The notes beneath the pieces were generated by a model. It worked only from the letters and a program-made list of their open reading frames with translations, had not been told where the DNA came from and did not search any database. Source: Catajapyx aquilonaris (taxonomy: Eukaryota). Taken from it: a DNA stretch of 54,374 nucleotides. The stretch is from contig JYFJ02002582.1 of the NCBI GenBank assembly GCA_000934665.2, forward strand, positions 1 through 54,374, given 5' to 3'. Positions within the stretch are counted from its first letter, which is position 1. Each line of letters begins with the position of its first letter. This document shows, one piece after another, positions 9,982 to 23,631 of the stretch. The position numbers and the translations under genes are program-made.

Positions 9982-12900
9982 TTACGCTTTGGAACTTCCG
10001 GTGGTGTAAAGAAATGATGGCGGATGGTGCTGCTGCGAGGGGTAGATGCAGGGCTCGCAGTGAGGTGGCAGTGGTTGCTGAATGGTCGCAGTTCGGGAAC
10101 GGACGCACACCATGGCAGTAAGAAGACACGACACCAACAGCATGACTGCCACGACCACCAGCCCGGTGATGAAGCTAGGCATGGACATGCACACGTCGTC
10201 CATGTTGCGTCGACCACCTGGAAAAGACGGGTGGTCAGTAACTGTATCACTATACTGTACTGCCATCACGCAACACCCTTTGGTGTTGCGTGGCTATACT
10301 GACTTTCAGTGAGAGTGATGGTGGCAAAGCCGTCATCAAGTCGTGCCAAGTCTTCAGGTGAAACGATCCTCAAGCGTCGTCCAACTCTGACCGGTTCGGA
10401 CACCTCAGCCGGCACTGTGTGGTTGCTGCGCGTCAGGATGGAACGGCGCCGTCTGACTGCACCCGTGCGAGGGTCAATCTGTCACAGGAAATTGCAAGGG
10501 GTCACGTGAGAAATGTGTCTTCTTCGTGCCCACGGTCACTTTCTTTCACTCTTTCCCCCCTCACGCCGGGGAAAGTACAGCATCAGGAGAAAGTAGCGCA
10601 TCTTTATGCCCGCTTTGCCTTTCTCTCATTCAGATCCATTTTTGCCAGCTTGGCTCACCCCAAGGGTCAGCACTTTTTTATAGGATGGTCATCAATCAGG
10701 ATGACCTCCTTCGACAATACTCACGGGGATTAGCGACTGTCCCGGGTCTGGACACTCGTCACACGACTGCTTGCAGAGCTCCACGTTGCACTCGAGGAAG
10801 ACTTCCATCTGGTCTGGGAACTTGAATGCTTGGAAGTAGGCGTAGGCAATGATGGAGGCCCCGGTGTTTCCGGTCTGCCTTGTCTTCTGCCAGGCTCCCA
10901 TCAGCTTTGGCTTCAGGATGCACCCACGGGAGTCCACTAGGTTGACCACCGCCCGTGACCTGTCCCCATCGTGGGCGATGCAATCTCGAACCAAGATGTC
11001 AAAGTCGTTACCGCCATCCACCGTGATAACCATGGTCATGGTGTCACCGATCTTGACCAGCCCGGTGACAGATGGAGCGAAAGGACCTCTTCCCAGCTGG
11101 AGGAGTTTGTTGTCAATCAATCTGCCTTTAGAAACTGTTCAGTTGTCACGAACCTGTACGTCCATGGCGGCGCTGACGGAATCACCACTGAAAGTGACTG
11201 TTTGGAGGTCCAGCATGTCCACATTGAAGGCGTAGTTGACCGCTTGTTCGAAATTCCCTTGCCAGAGACACCTCAGGCGACGAGCAGTGTCCCATACCTC
11301 TTGTATTCCTGGCTCGTACATGAAGACTATTACGTTCTCTAGGTAGGCTTGTCCTCCTTCGTGAAGCTGTTGGTCGATGAACTGCGATCCACATGAATCG
11401 ACGGCTATTGTAAACTCGTAGCTGTTGCGGCCCATGTTTGGCGACACGTATCGACATGCTGGGTTGTGGAAATGACCCTGAAATTGTGGAAAACCTAGTG
11501 TGACGAATGATACCAAAACACTGCGTGTTCTTCACAAACAACCGGTGCGGTTGGCCACCCACCACTATGCCAACCACGCCTACCAAAACCTAACCGGGAA
11601 TAATAACAACACCTACATGTGAATCATTTCAACTAGGTTATTCACAAGTCCATTACAAAAACATAATTATATTTAAAAATACAAAATTCATAGTAATAAC
11701 TCATGTTGGGTTCTGAAGTAGAGACCAATCACAATTTTAAAATCACAAATAGTTAATGCGACGATTGACCATTAGGCATATTCACTAGTTTCAAAAGTTA
11801 ATGTTGAGAAGGTACAATATGTTGTTTATCAAGTAGAGTGTGGTACCGGTAAGTCTACAGAATGCTACAACTCATTTTATTACAACGGACACCTACGCTA
11901 CAAAATTCCCACGTAAATGTTCTTTTGATTGTCCATAAATTATACTGGCGTTATAGGAATTGTACAATATAATACAGTAGAAAATAAGTATGAGTCTTGA
12001 AACAAGTAAACCAGCTTTACCCCCAAAAAACTCCTACGTAAACGGAAGCTATATTTTACAGCCTGCGGTAGTGAAAGAGTGTACGATATGAAAAATATGC
12101 AAATCACGTGGAAACTTTCGCAGAATCTGCCTACTGGTTCCTTCCTCACTGTGCACGGTACTGACCACTCAACTATATTCTGGATGACCTAAGACCTTGC
12201 CATTACCACCTTCTCTTTGGAAAGTGGACAACATGGAAAAGTGGGAAAGTTGTTCGATCCATTCATTTTTTTTTCTCTCGAGTAAAAGCACAACTCTTTC
12301 ACTTTATCGTGAGAATGTAATACCTCTTTCTCATACTTTACAGTATGTACCATTAGAATAATGCACGGAAAGCCAAATAAACTATCCTCAAAGCTTACCT
12401 TTTTCTTAAATACAAAGGCTTCCGGAGAAAGGTGCATATACTCACCTACTTTTTTTTCATACAAATTTTCAATTTCATGCAGCACGATCAGAATATAAAA
12501 CCAACATGTAGGTTCTCACCTTTGAATAAATCGTACCACTGAAGGGCTGATCGAACATCACTCTAACTTGCATTTTCTCCTTTGAGCAGGCCACCTCTAT
12601 CCCTTGTATCTGGGACGAATGATGGTGATGATCCCCACCCTGCACATATTGGTCATCATTAGAGGGCATTTGAGTATTGTCATGAATTATAGTCAAAGTT
12701 TCAACTAACTTCTTCATGCTGCTGATGAGGGTGCTGTGGTTGAGGTATATGCTGTGGAGTAGGCAACACTACTTGGGGACCAGTGCCAGGGGCGATGCCG
12801 GTGGAATGGGTGGATATGGGTCGGGTCACCCCTGGTAACGAGGCTGGTACACTAGCTGCAAAATAGTAATCGTGTGACTGAAGGGTACCTCATTTTGATA

Positions 12901-13640
12901 TAGACATACTTACAATGCAGGGGAGGTGTGGCAGTGCTAAATGGATTATTTGGGTTGGGTCGAATGTATGTGTATCCTGGGAATTGCTGTTGTTGCCGTG
13001 GTTTTCTTTCTACAACACGTGCATCTTCTAATGCCCATAATGGCTGTTGAGGAAGAAAACAGTGCTGCTGTCATTAGTATCGTCGGATAATTGCATGATG
13101 CCACAGATGGATAGTTAGCAAGAGGTCTTGCGTGCGAACCGGGTGCTAATTAGGTGTACAACAATTCAACTTAATAAACTTGCCTAAAATATAGCCGCTA
13201 TTACAACAAAATTATGAAATCCTTTTCATTGTATGTTTATACACTGATGGCCTCTGCGCAATATTTTTATCACCACATGTAACTTTTAGGCGTCCTGCAT
13301 ATCAATATACTCTGGTGACATCACGTCTTCATTCCAATTAGGTACTACTTTCATATAGTAATAAAATGTGCATAGACAATATTAAGTTAAAATATTACAT
13401 TAATACGGCGTAAGTATTTCAATGATATGGAATTAAATTGGTGTCTGTGTATATTATCGGGACACATGTTTTACTAACCACACATGCCTGACTTGTAATA
13501 CACTTAATTATAACCTCCTATTATGGTTCTAAGAACATGCTACTTTCAAAAATTGCGACATTCCCGCGAATATGACTTAATGTCGAAAATGGCAATGTTG
13601 TACTTACCACAAGGAGTAGAAGGAACACGAGGCACCTCAT
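9982..13640 (-). CDS. ZP-domain (cuticlin-like; dusky/miniature/cypher-type) single-pass apical extracellular matrix protein, ~511 aa, 8 exons
   Basis: Exons 13608-13640, 12914-13043, 12710-12855, 12520-12639, 11154-11477, 10725-11096, 10304-10478, 9982-10217; GT-AG introns, phases compatible. Signal peptide MRCLVFLLLLVPLWA, Pro/Gln/His-rich linker, ZP domain (IEVACSKEKMQV.V.FDQPFSG.IYSKG; GRGPFAP..GLVKIG; GC..KPK; AYFQAFKFPD), furin-like RRRR site, C-terminal TM helix. Confidence 0.9.
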
Positions 13641-16036
13641 GGTGTCTACTGGAAATAAAGAGCACGAATGAATTAGTAGTGCAACCGAGAAAGTCACGGC
13701 CAAGGCCACACTGTTTGGTGCTTGTGAGAATGTTTCCCAGTGACAACAAAGACTAACTTTCATCTCATTTTTAAACGTGAGTTGTATATCTTCCGGATCA
13801 CTTCGTTATCCTCTCTTCGTGAGGAACCACGTGGGGCATGGCAAGTAAGGAACTGGGTCATTTGTTGACCTAAGTGTGTCAAGGTGGTTCATAATGAAAA
13901 GTATTTAAAGAAACAATACTTCACTTACTTGCCCAATCGGAACCGAATCATTTTGATATGCAAATTACTGCCCCGGATATCCTATATAACCCAAATGCAA
14001 TATTAGGCTTAAGTTTGGTCCCACATTTTTGAACATTATTTTTACAACGATTTTGTGCAAGAGCTGAACAATATTTTTGACACACGAATCCTTTTCAAAA
14101 TAATTAGTGAAAGTATGTCTCAAATGGTTTGTTTCTCACACGTAGAAACGTAACTGGATGCTCATCACGCTTGATCAACAGTTAGGACTTGTTAGCGACT
14201 TTTTCAAACACGATACACATTGTTCGCTCCCAGCACGTTACATAAGATGTGTTCCGACTTGTTTCACTAGGGGACTTCCCATATATTACCACACCTGCCG
14301 ATTAATCATGTTTGCGAATCATTCAAAAGGACAGCAAGAAATCAAATATGGCTCCCGATTTTAAGCTGTTAATTTTCTTGTTTGACTTGATTCAATATTT
14401 CTTAGCAAGAACTGGCGTAACTGTCAATATTCAGGTTCTTTGTCAACGTAAGACTCGCTGGTCTACATTTTTTTGGGGGCATACTGAGGGAATTCTCCAA
14501 TTACATGGGACATCCTACGCCTGCTTTGAATTATTTTGTAAGTCAATTGGAATTGTGTTAATTAAACCTACGTATAAAAATCAAGAATATTCACGTTTCG
14601 GCATACTGACCGAATTGGGTAGATTAATAATTTATCATGAAAATGTTGCAATAAAGTTGCGGATTATAGAAGTCAAATAAATCCGTATTTATCCATTATG
14701 CCTATTGTTTCATAAAACCGCTTTCTGAACACAAAGATGCAAGATACCAAGATTACATCACAGAAGAAAGACAATTTGCAGAGAAAAATCATTCTAATCC
14801 TACTGTTTCGGGTGTTATCTCAGATGGCATCACAGGCAATAATTTTACAATACATTACTGATCCGGTGATTTTCATACCCACATATTAATAAACAAATAG
14901 GGTTGATTATGAAACCTTGCCGTTTTTGTGCTATCATGAACATTTCGAAATACTGTAGTGCCACTATTTACCTTATTTATTTGAAATTATTTGTGGAAAA
15001 TATTTTTGAGAGCAAATAAATATCTAAACAAAAATATATCATGATGTAATAAAAAAGTTATATCACACACACTGTAGGCCTATGCATACAGAGTACATCT
15101 TGTGTGCCTATTTTGATTAGGCAAGTTTAAATGTTCCTGTTTGCCTTGCATATACCGAAAGGGCTGAAATTACTCGTAATTGCAGTTGGCGAAACATGGT
15201 ATGCCTTCAAGACTCCATAGTTTCATATATCGCCAATTAATGCCTTTTTATTGTTCCCACGTGAGTCTCATACGAATTTTCAGAACTGGAATAGTGTCCC
15301 ATACAAGTCGTAAAGTGGTTCGTAAAAATCGCGAAAAAAAACACAGATGGCACTCGTGATGCAACAAAGAGTTTCGAGCAGTGTTGTCCTACTACTTTCC
15401 CCAGTTTTCGCAAGTGTGTGAGCATGAATAAAAAATGTAAATAGAGTTGATAAGGGGGGATGCTCGACAGAGTTGTTTGGCGAGATGAAGAGGACATGTG
15501 GTCATCTGCTTCCCGCTCATTTGGATTTCACACGAGAAGAGGGTCAAGAGGAAGAATGACGGAGAAACAAGCGAGAGAGGGTTTCACTTTCAGGCTGCGA
15601 TGGATTGAGTGACCGGTTGTTGAATGTGCAAAAAGGACAGTCCTTTCCCAACTAGTTCCATAAGTTCTTACAGTGCGATCCGCTCTCAATACCATCTCAT
15701 TCCATTGAAAACTTTGTGGAACACTCTGATTTGTGTGACAATAAGTAGGGCAAAACGGGAATCATTAATATATGTGATTTCTAAATATATTTTTATTAGC
15801 ATATGAGATAATGGATATGCCTACAAAAGGTGTAATTGCCATAGCGAAAGAAACAAGTTCTGCTAGCTAGTACCTGCTTCTGTTGTGACAATAAATCTTT
15901 ATTGGAAGATGAACTTTAGCATTCACAACCTGTCTCGAAATATTTAGTAAAAAGTGGCATGTTGTTTATAATATAATATAGCCTATATTTCGCCAATAAG
16001 CAAATTGCAAAACTAGCTACTGGCAACTGGCTTTAA

Positions 16037-16172
16037 CCCCGTAATGCCCCTTGGGTCATATCTGGCACACCATTTAGAGCAATTTGGCACTTACAGGAAA
16101 TATTAAAATTGCAAAAATTGCAAAAATTGCACTAAGTTGTGTTCCAAATATGACCCAGTGGGCATTACAGGG
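16037..16172. mobile_element. MITE, piggyBac-like (TTAA target-site duplication, CCC...GGG ends)
   Basis: TTAA at 16033-16036 and 16173-16176. About 29-bp TIRs: ccccgtaatgccccttgggtcatatctgg versus reverse complement ccctgtaatgcccactgggtcatatttgg. Internal (aaaattgca)x3. Confidence 0.75.
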
Positions 16173-17945
16173 TTAAGAAAATGCTTTACAAGTTCACACG
16201 GTGAACGATTGCTTGTATAAAGTGACAGCATACTACGAGCCTAATTCATTTTAAATTTAATATTATTTATTCTGACCTTTATGAGCTGTAGCCAAGGTCA
16301 CAGTTGAAGGTTACTGCTTTAGTAGCCTATGTAGCAAACAATAATAATTAGTCTATCTCTATTTTAGGCTATTTATAAAGCAAGCAAAGCCACAAAAATA
16401 TGAAAAGATCGTACAGATATGTAAAAAATTGACTGTAAGATTAAAGTGGCAAAAACCTGTGTATTAGCTTTAATCGTGTTGCACTTATTGCCATTTAATG
16501 ACGTTGTGCGTAAAAAGATATTAGTTCAAAATTATTCTCATTGAAAGGATTTATAATTCATATATTTGATTTTTGGTAACATGGCTTATTTTTCAAATAT
16601 CACAGCAATAATGACGTACTTTAAATCCTTTATGGAGAACAAAATGCAGTAAACGAAATTCCACAGCTTCATAAGCCAGCCTTTCTGCACATGAATAAAT
16701 TATAATCCCACGGGCAAACAGAATAGGCCTCTTTCTGTTATAAATGGATAGTGAGAAAAATGTCAATGTATAATACAGTAAAATATTACAGTATTTGGTT
16801 CGCAATCAATAATGACAGCAAATATAAATTTTGTCCATAATATGGGCATTACTGATTGCGTTTAGTAATTTACTGTATTATACGTAGATATTAAGCATAT
16901 TGTGCAAATCATATAGCAGTAGGATGCGACGTGGCATTTCATTTATTTATGCTAATAAAAATTGGACATATTTCTTCCGGAACCTGGTCCAATATATGAA
17001 ATATCTTTCCGAAAACTAGTAGCTCGAAAATATACGCACCAATTAAATGAATTTTAAAATATAAATGAATTAAACCATTTAAAATAAATACCAAAAGAGG
17101 GATGGCACCACAAACAATCCTGATAAATCCGAAATCCGCGAAAAAGACAAATCCGGCTAAATCCACGACGTCTCGTCCGGATATCCGGCCTTGCGCTGCG
17201 AATCACCAAAAACTCCGCACAATCACACTTCACCACTGCAGGATCCCCGTGCTGTACTCACCACAGACTATCTCACCTGGCTCCCCCGTGCAATAATGAC
17301 AAACTGCCCCCTCCGAAGCCGCACTTTTCTTTTATATATAGGGCAGGACGACCCACTGGCGGAAGTGACAGGATGTGTTTACTCCCTCAAGACAACCACT
17401 CGCAACACAACAATGCCTCACAACACACACACAAATCGATTATTCAGGTAAACCTCATAATGGGAATTAATTGTAACAGTTGCCATTTTGGCGGGATGAA
17501 TTGGCTGATTCGCGAATTTAAATCTCAACCAAAGTGAGAGTACTTGCATCGAAAGGGAGAGGTGTTCCCCAGTGACCTGAAAGCGCATCATTGGTCATCA
17601 AGTTCAAGCTCACATATCTCTTCAATTTTTTGGGAGGTTCGAAGTTGACCACTTTCTTCCGAGCTTCTGGTCAGTTCCGTGTGCGTTTAACAAGGTCATT
17701 GCCATTTTTTTTTTGCGCGAGCTTTCGGAGCCGTATCTCTGGATGTATCGGTTCTACTTCCCGCGGCGTTTTGGTTACAAACAAGGGCCACAGGAGGTCA
17801 TGTCGAGCAAATTGGGGGAAACTTGCTGACATACTTTATTGTCACTTATGATTACAGCATTTGTCATATGGTCGCAGGGAAAATGCAAGTTGAAGTCTCA
17901 GCGGGAAAATATTTGAATAATTAAGTGAAAAACCTATTTATGAAC

Positions 17946-18017
<72 letters not shown>
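17946..18017. repeat. (AGT)24 microsatellite
   Basis: Perfect trinucleotide run, read directly. Confidence 0.95.
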
Positions 18018-18018
<1 letters not shown>

Positions 18019-21000
18019 ATCAACTACTATCACACAAGAACAGGTTTCTCTATGGCTGTAGTTTTAGCTATCACAATAGTCTCCAGATGATAGTCGAGTT
18101 AACTTTGGCAATTACTTATGGATGCGCGCATATAGATGCATTGGTAAGCATATTAGAACACGATATTCAGTTATATAGTATGAATGTTTTAATCAATATT
18201 TAAAGGGGCTAATATTTTAATGATTCAGCAACATATTTGATATGATAACGTCGTTAGCCTAGAAAGTATGAAATATCTCTTTGTGTGCTGTATTATTTTA
18301 AATTAGAAAATTGGCACGTGCCGAATTTATTCGTCCGTGTGAATTTCAGTGTGAATGGTGACATACACACCTACTTTAATTCAATATCGAGTCTTTCTTA
18401 TTGGCGGTAGTAGTTGGCGAGAAGAGTCGAAAGGAACAATGGGCAAGACTTCCTTTCTATCCCCCGGTTAGAGTAGTGTATAGTAGGGCGGGGGAGGAGG
18501 CTAGGAGGCATGATCGTACCAGCAGCATACGTGCCACTTGAACATTTTACTCCCCCACCTCATGTGGGTCAGGGGTGAATGAATCTCCTCCTCAGACACC
18601 TGTTGCCACCATATCACTGCATGGGACTTACAGGGTATGACAGGAATAAGAAAATTATTTAGGAACCTGGACCATATGTCATATCTGCCTCTTTGCTTTC
18701 AGTATAGGCCCTACTGTACTGTACTGTACGTACCGGTATTGTAAAACTTTGAAATATCATCCTTACTGAATCTTACAAAAAGTGAATATCACACAAAACA
18801 AAAATATCATCACGTAATTAACATATGCACCATTAACTGCAACAGTATGTAAATCAATGCGCATTTGCAGAATAAGAAAGAAACGAAAATATGTAGTACA
18901 ATACAATACGCACAGCAATGTTTTGAACGACCAGGACATTTCCCTCTGACCCCTGACCCCCTGGCTTTTGGGCACAGGCGACAGTTTTTTGTCCGGTTCT
19001 ATACAAAGTAGGCATGTACTTTCACCATCACCATACTCTATTCTTTACTCTTCCGACAGACAAGGAAGGCGGGGAAGATCCGAGAGAAAATGACAGAAAT
19101 TGTCATTTTATAATAATTCCCACTAGCCTACATAATTCCACATTCAAATAATTACTAAACTGCCTAATAAGGAGAGGCATTAAAATGTCATGACGAAAGT
19201 TCTTCTGTAGGTTTAGTAGCAATGAACCTAGTCGGAGGCTGTTTGCAGAGATCGAAGTGGTATGGAAGCCGTCAAATATTTAAGCGGTGAAGGTAGTTCG
19301 TTTGAGGATGGCCACATTTGACCTCGCCTTCCAAAAAATGAGCTGACTTTCTCTGCAGGCGCCTGGGGCTGGTTGGAAAAGGAGGTGGCAATTCACACTC
19401 AGATCTATATGGAGGTGAGAAGTGTGATCTGACCAGGAGGACACCAAAGGAAAGGTGTAGTAACCTGTGATCGCCATTGTGACATACATCATCGGAACAC
19501 TCAGTTTTGGTTAGACTTTATTGCGAATAGACAAGTCCTGTCTAATTAATGATCCAGACCAGCATTGTCTCCATTTTGCTGAGGACGGCATAAGACTTCC
19601 ATCGTTTAAAAATTTGGCATTTGGGCAATTCATTAATTTTTCTACATGCTTATCAAGGCAATTTACAGTCAGTAATCCTGTTTCAAAACTAATGTAGGCT
19701 GCACGTAGGAGATGTTCACAGTTCAAGTAAGGCAGAAGGTATAATATTTCCTATCATTTCATTACCAATAACAATATTATAATTATGTTTATTGTTGACA
19801 TCCCGATTAATCATGTCTTATTCCTTAAGTACAACGCACTCCAGCACCTTTCGTTCTTGACTCGACTAAGAATATAAGTCACGACTGTCTACTCCCCAGT
19901 TCTTTATGACTGATTGAAAGTGCTTCTCTGATGGCTTCCCCATCGATTAAAAGATAGATCTTTCTATGCAAGAGAAGGGAAGCGTTTCTCCTCTCCGGGG
20001 AGAAAGGTTACAAAGCATTATTTACCACTTTGCTAACATTTGTCATTACATATTCCAACTCTTCCATTGTTGTCTCGCCAGGCGGTAGTTTTTGTTAAAT
20101 AATGCGGAAATTTTTCGTCGCTGCCGGAATGATGAAAACGTCTCTCTTCTTTTCACCCATAAAGAGAAATATTTGCCAACAGAATACTCCCCGACTTTCT
20201 CACGGCCAACTGAATTGATTGTTACGATTTCAGGCCGTGTTATGTGAGCCCCATTTTGAAAACCGGACAATAGTGGTTCCAGACAGTCTCTCATGGGCAT
20301 GTTTCAAAGGTCAGCCGGTCTTCCAGCTAGTGACTTGGACAGTTTCCACATGATGACGGAGAGAGTGAAAACATGCTAACGTGATTCAAAGCGCATATAT
20401 GGAGAATTGTCATATTCTACCAGCCATGGGTGCTCATATCAGTTTGTTTCTTGTTGGAGAGAGGGAATTGGGTTAATCAAAAGGCTGTTTATTAATTTTT
20501 AAAAATGGAATATTCACCACCCATTTCAATGGCCAAATTGTTATTGCGTTCAGTAGCAATATCTAATTGTGCAACGTATAATTCATGCCTTACATTCGCT
20601 TTTTTACCAGTCATGATTATGTTTGCGCAATTTAATTGAACAATTTCACATCTTTTGTCTTTCTGGCACACACAAGCTTCCTTTTTCTTACATGCTTCTT
20701 CATTTTCTATAATACTCCTCCTGCTGGGGATAAAGTTTCGTCTCCTTTCACCTGTCTTGATAATAATTTGTGCCTTTCTGGTTTGGCCGCAAGCCATGTG
20801 CTAACACCCTTAACTTGACCAAAGAGGCGGATAATGAGATCAATTCACACTAAGACTGGTCTTGTGCTCCTAAACCATGAGAAAGAAACCAAATGATGCT
20901 GCGAATCAAAGCCTTGCGTAACAGACAATGCTTGACTACCTGCTCTCACAGACATCACCTACTTTACATATTTACATTTCATTGTTCAGATACACATACT

Positions 21001-23378
21001 TCTGAATTTTTAAAAGACTGTAATAAGGACAACAACGTTTGGGAACGTAAACGGAACCAATGGTTTTGTGGAATCTAATGGCACAAAAATTACCAATTGA
21101 GCACACATGTTGACCATAACCTACATATATTTTGGAGGTAAATGTGTTGCAATTAGAAGCTAGGCGTTAACCAGACGTGTAAAAATGACTAGTAATGTTT
21201 GCAAAGCAAGGCCCACATGAAGGTTTTCCTACTTTCTTTGACCCATCCCTCCTTTGTGACCCCGGTCATTTTTTGTAGCTGAGGGAAAAAACTTTCACAC
21301 AATTCCGCGTTTATGAATAACATGCTTCCCGATTTGTTTCTCTTGATGCTCCATTCTCTCTTCTTTTCTTAATCAAGCTATTCTTTTCCCCTCTGTTCAC
21401 TATACACATAAAGACGCAGAACCGAGTGTGAAAGTGGACTGGAACATTGTGAGAATAATTTTGAAATTGTAAGACCGGAAACGTGCATCGGTTGACTCCT
21501 CCTTTTCAAATCAAACTGGGTTTCCATTGTATCGATTGTGACAAATAATTTTTAGTACATTTAGTGAGAACCGCCTGCCCATATTAATGGCAGATTAAGC
21601 ACAGAATATACTGTCCTAGTTTCTAATATCTGATTCGTTTTTTTAAAATTACCGTATATTGTTCATAATTAAATTGCCTATGAAGTGCTGATTTTTTTGA
21701 AGGATATGTATTGCAACTATTTATTACAGGCAGACCACACACACTGAAGGAGTCATTGACCTAACAGGTGAGGAAACACGTGAAGGATCAAGAAATTGGT
21801 GAATGCGCCCTTGTTTCCTTGGCCGTGCAGAGTCTGACCTCCAGAATTACCTCCTGGGTGAGTGGGTGAAGGTCGAGGTTGAGTCAGGTTCATCCTTTTT
21901 CCTCTCATTCCTATACACTCTCTCCTTGATCTTTCACACGAGAGTCGGCAGGGTGCGGACCACAGTGTCCATTCAATCGTACACAACTCACGAATTTTGG
22001 GTCCGGAGAGAGCTGGTCAGGTGTGCGTACGAAGAAACAACAACAAGAGGCGATATGTGATGATCGTATGGTAATAATAGTGTTGGGCGAAAGCTACAAA
22101 TCGGATGTCATAGGCTGTGATTTTGGGAAAGTGGGTCTGAGTAATTTTTATTTATGGTCAACTACAGAGGGTACCACAAATTGTTTCAATTTCTCACGTC
22201 CGATTATAATGTGCCGTTATGGCGGCGACGCACAAAAGCGCAGTGACATGCACTATTTCTGATCCGAAAGTGAAACCTACAAACAACACAGGGTGATTCT
22301 CAGGGTGACCAAACTCGACTTGAATTAGTTGACTAATTAGGCCGGCAGATGTTCGGACTACCGGAAGTCAAGATGTAGAATCTAAAGGAATAATTTCGGT
22401 TAGGCTGCCATCAGTCACGTTGTGTGAGCTCACTTACGGCTTTGTAACGGCAGTTTTTATGGCCCTAACATAATGTGTCTCGTGCTGGGTCCCAAAAACA
22501 TTCTTAAAGTCAATCTTCCTTTCTTTCCTGCTGCTGCTGGTGAAGGGGACATAAGACACAGGGGCTTCCGCAAGAGAAAATCAACCTTCAGGTATATGCC
22601 CCCAGGGGTGCTGTGTAGGTCACGGACCTCTTATAATTACTATGCAGGTGAATCGGTTTGTGTCGATATGCTCTAATGAGGCAAGTGACAGGCCAGCCTG
22701 ACCGGCTGGACAACTGTATGGTTACTTGGTTAGTACAGTACCAAGGATGGACAACTGCTTGGAACATGGTAAAGAAAATATGTAGGCTACATTTTGTATG
22801 CCTTCATTCACTCAAAAGTTGATTCCGAAGAGTCTTTACTTTTTTCCGACCATAAAAGATATCAGAAAATAAGGCACATGGTGATGAAACAACCTGGTAC
22901 ATCATCAAATTATAATTAATTCAAAACTTTGACTAGTTTGTCTTGACACATCCATCATGCTCAATTAATAAGCATTGCTCTTGAAAAATGGTGAGAGAGA
23001 GAAATCGAGTGGAGTACGTTTCGCACATGGTAAGGCACGTGTTTTTGACTGGATGTGTTAAGTCATGGAATGGTTCTAATAAGTGGAGTGCCTACCAGCA
23101 GGAATGGGTACCTCTTACCTGTGTTACACGATGGATCTTCAAAATTTTAATGAATATTACTGATAATATTGCACTGTTTAAAAACTAATTACATAGTTCG
23201 TACTCACGGGGCATGCCCATATATGCAGCGTTGAGAGAGTTGATAAGTCAATAATTAGGTACTAATTTGCAGCCTACTGCCAGAAAATTATTAAAATTAA
23301 CTGTAGGAAAATATTAATAACTTTCTCATCTGATGTTTGAAAATTACGACAAATCAAACATATGCCCAATTTCTTACG

Positions 23379-23468
<90 letters not shown>

Positions 23469-23502
23469 CGGCGTTTCCCAAAGATATGGGGTTGCCAGCG
23501 AA
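23379..23502 (-). mobile_element. Extremely 5'-truncated RTE-clade LINE/SINE 3' end with a (GAT)n tail
   Basis: Minus strand reads ttcgctggcaaccccatatctttgggaaacgccgt(gat)n. This resembles, from memory, the RTE 3' terminus (cgctgtggcgacccc...ggga...gccg plus a trinucleotide tail). Confidence 0.5.
23381..23467. repeat. (ATC)29 microsatellite
   Basis: Perfect trinucleotide run, read directly. Confidence 0.95.
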
Positions 23503-23585
23503 TATTAAGGAGGAGGTCCTTAATATCCTCGTATGACCAAATATGTATACAAAAAAAATATCTGAAGCCTGGTCAGGTACTTGCA

Positions 23586-23631
23586 GATAGTTAGATAGTT
23601 AGTTAGATAGTTAGATAGTTAGATTGTTAGA
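23586..23631. repeat. Imperfect (TAGATAGT)n tandem repeat
   Basis: Sequence agatagttagatagttagttagatagttagatagttagattgttaga. Confidence 0.75.

Noticed and set aside
12640..12717. N-terminal part of ORF 12475-12717 (MKKLVETLT...) as a protein start
   Set aside because: It lies almost entirely in the 70-nt intron 12640-12709 of the ZP gene (GTTAGT...GTGCAG).
17925..18203. Poly-Ser ORF
   Set aside because: Produced by the (AGT)24 microsatellite; the flanks are not protein-like.
19280..20800. Cluster of short minus-strand ORFs that could be a decayed transposase or viral gene
   Set aside because: I could not recognise any DDE, RT, zinc-finger or other motif in any frame; blastx would be needed.
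23333..23594. Poly-Ile and poly-Ser ORFs
   Set aside because: Produced by the (ATC)29 microsatellite.
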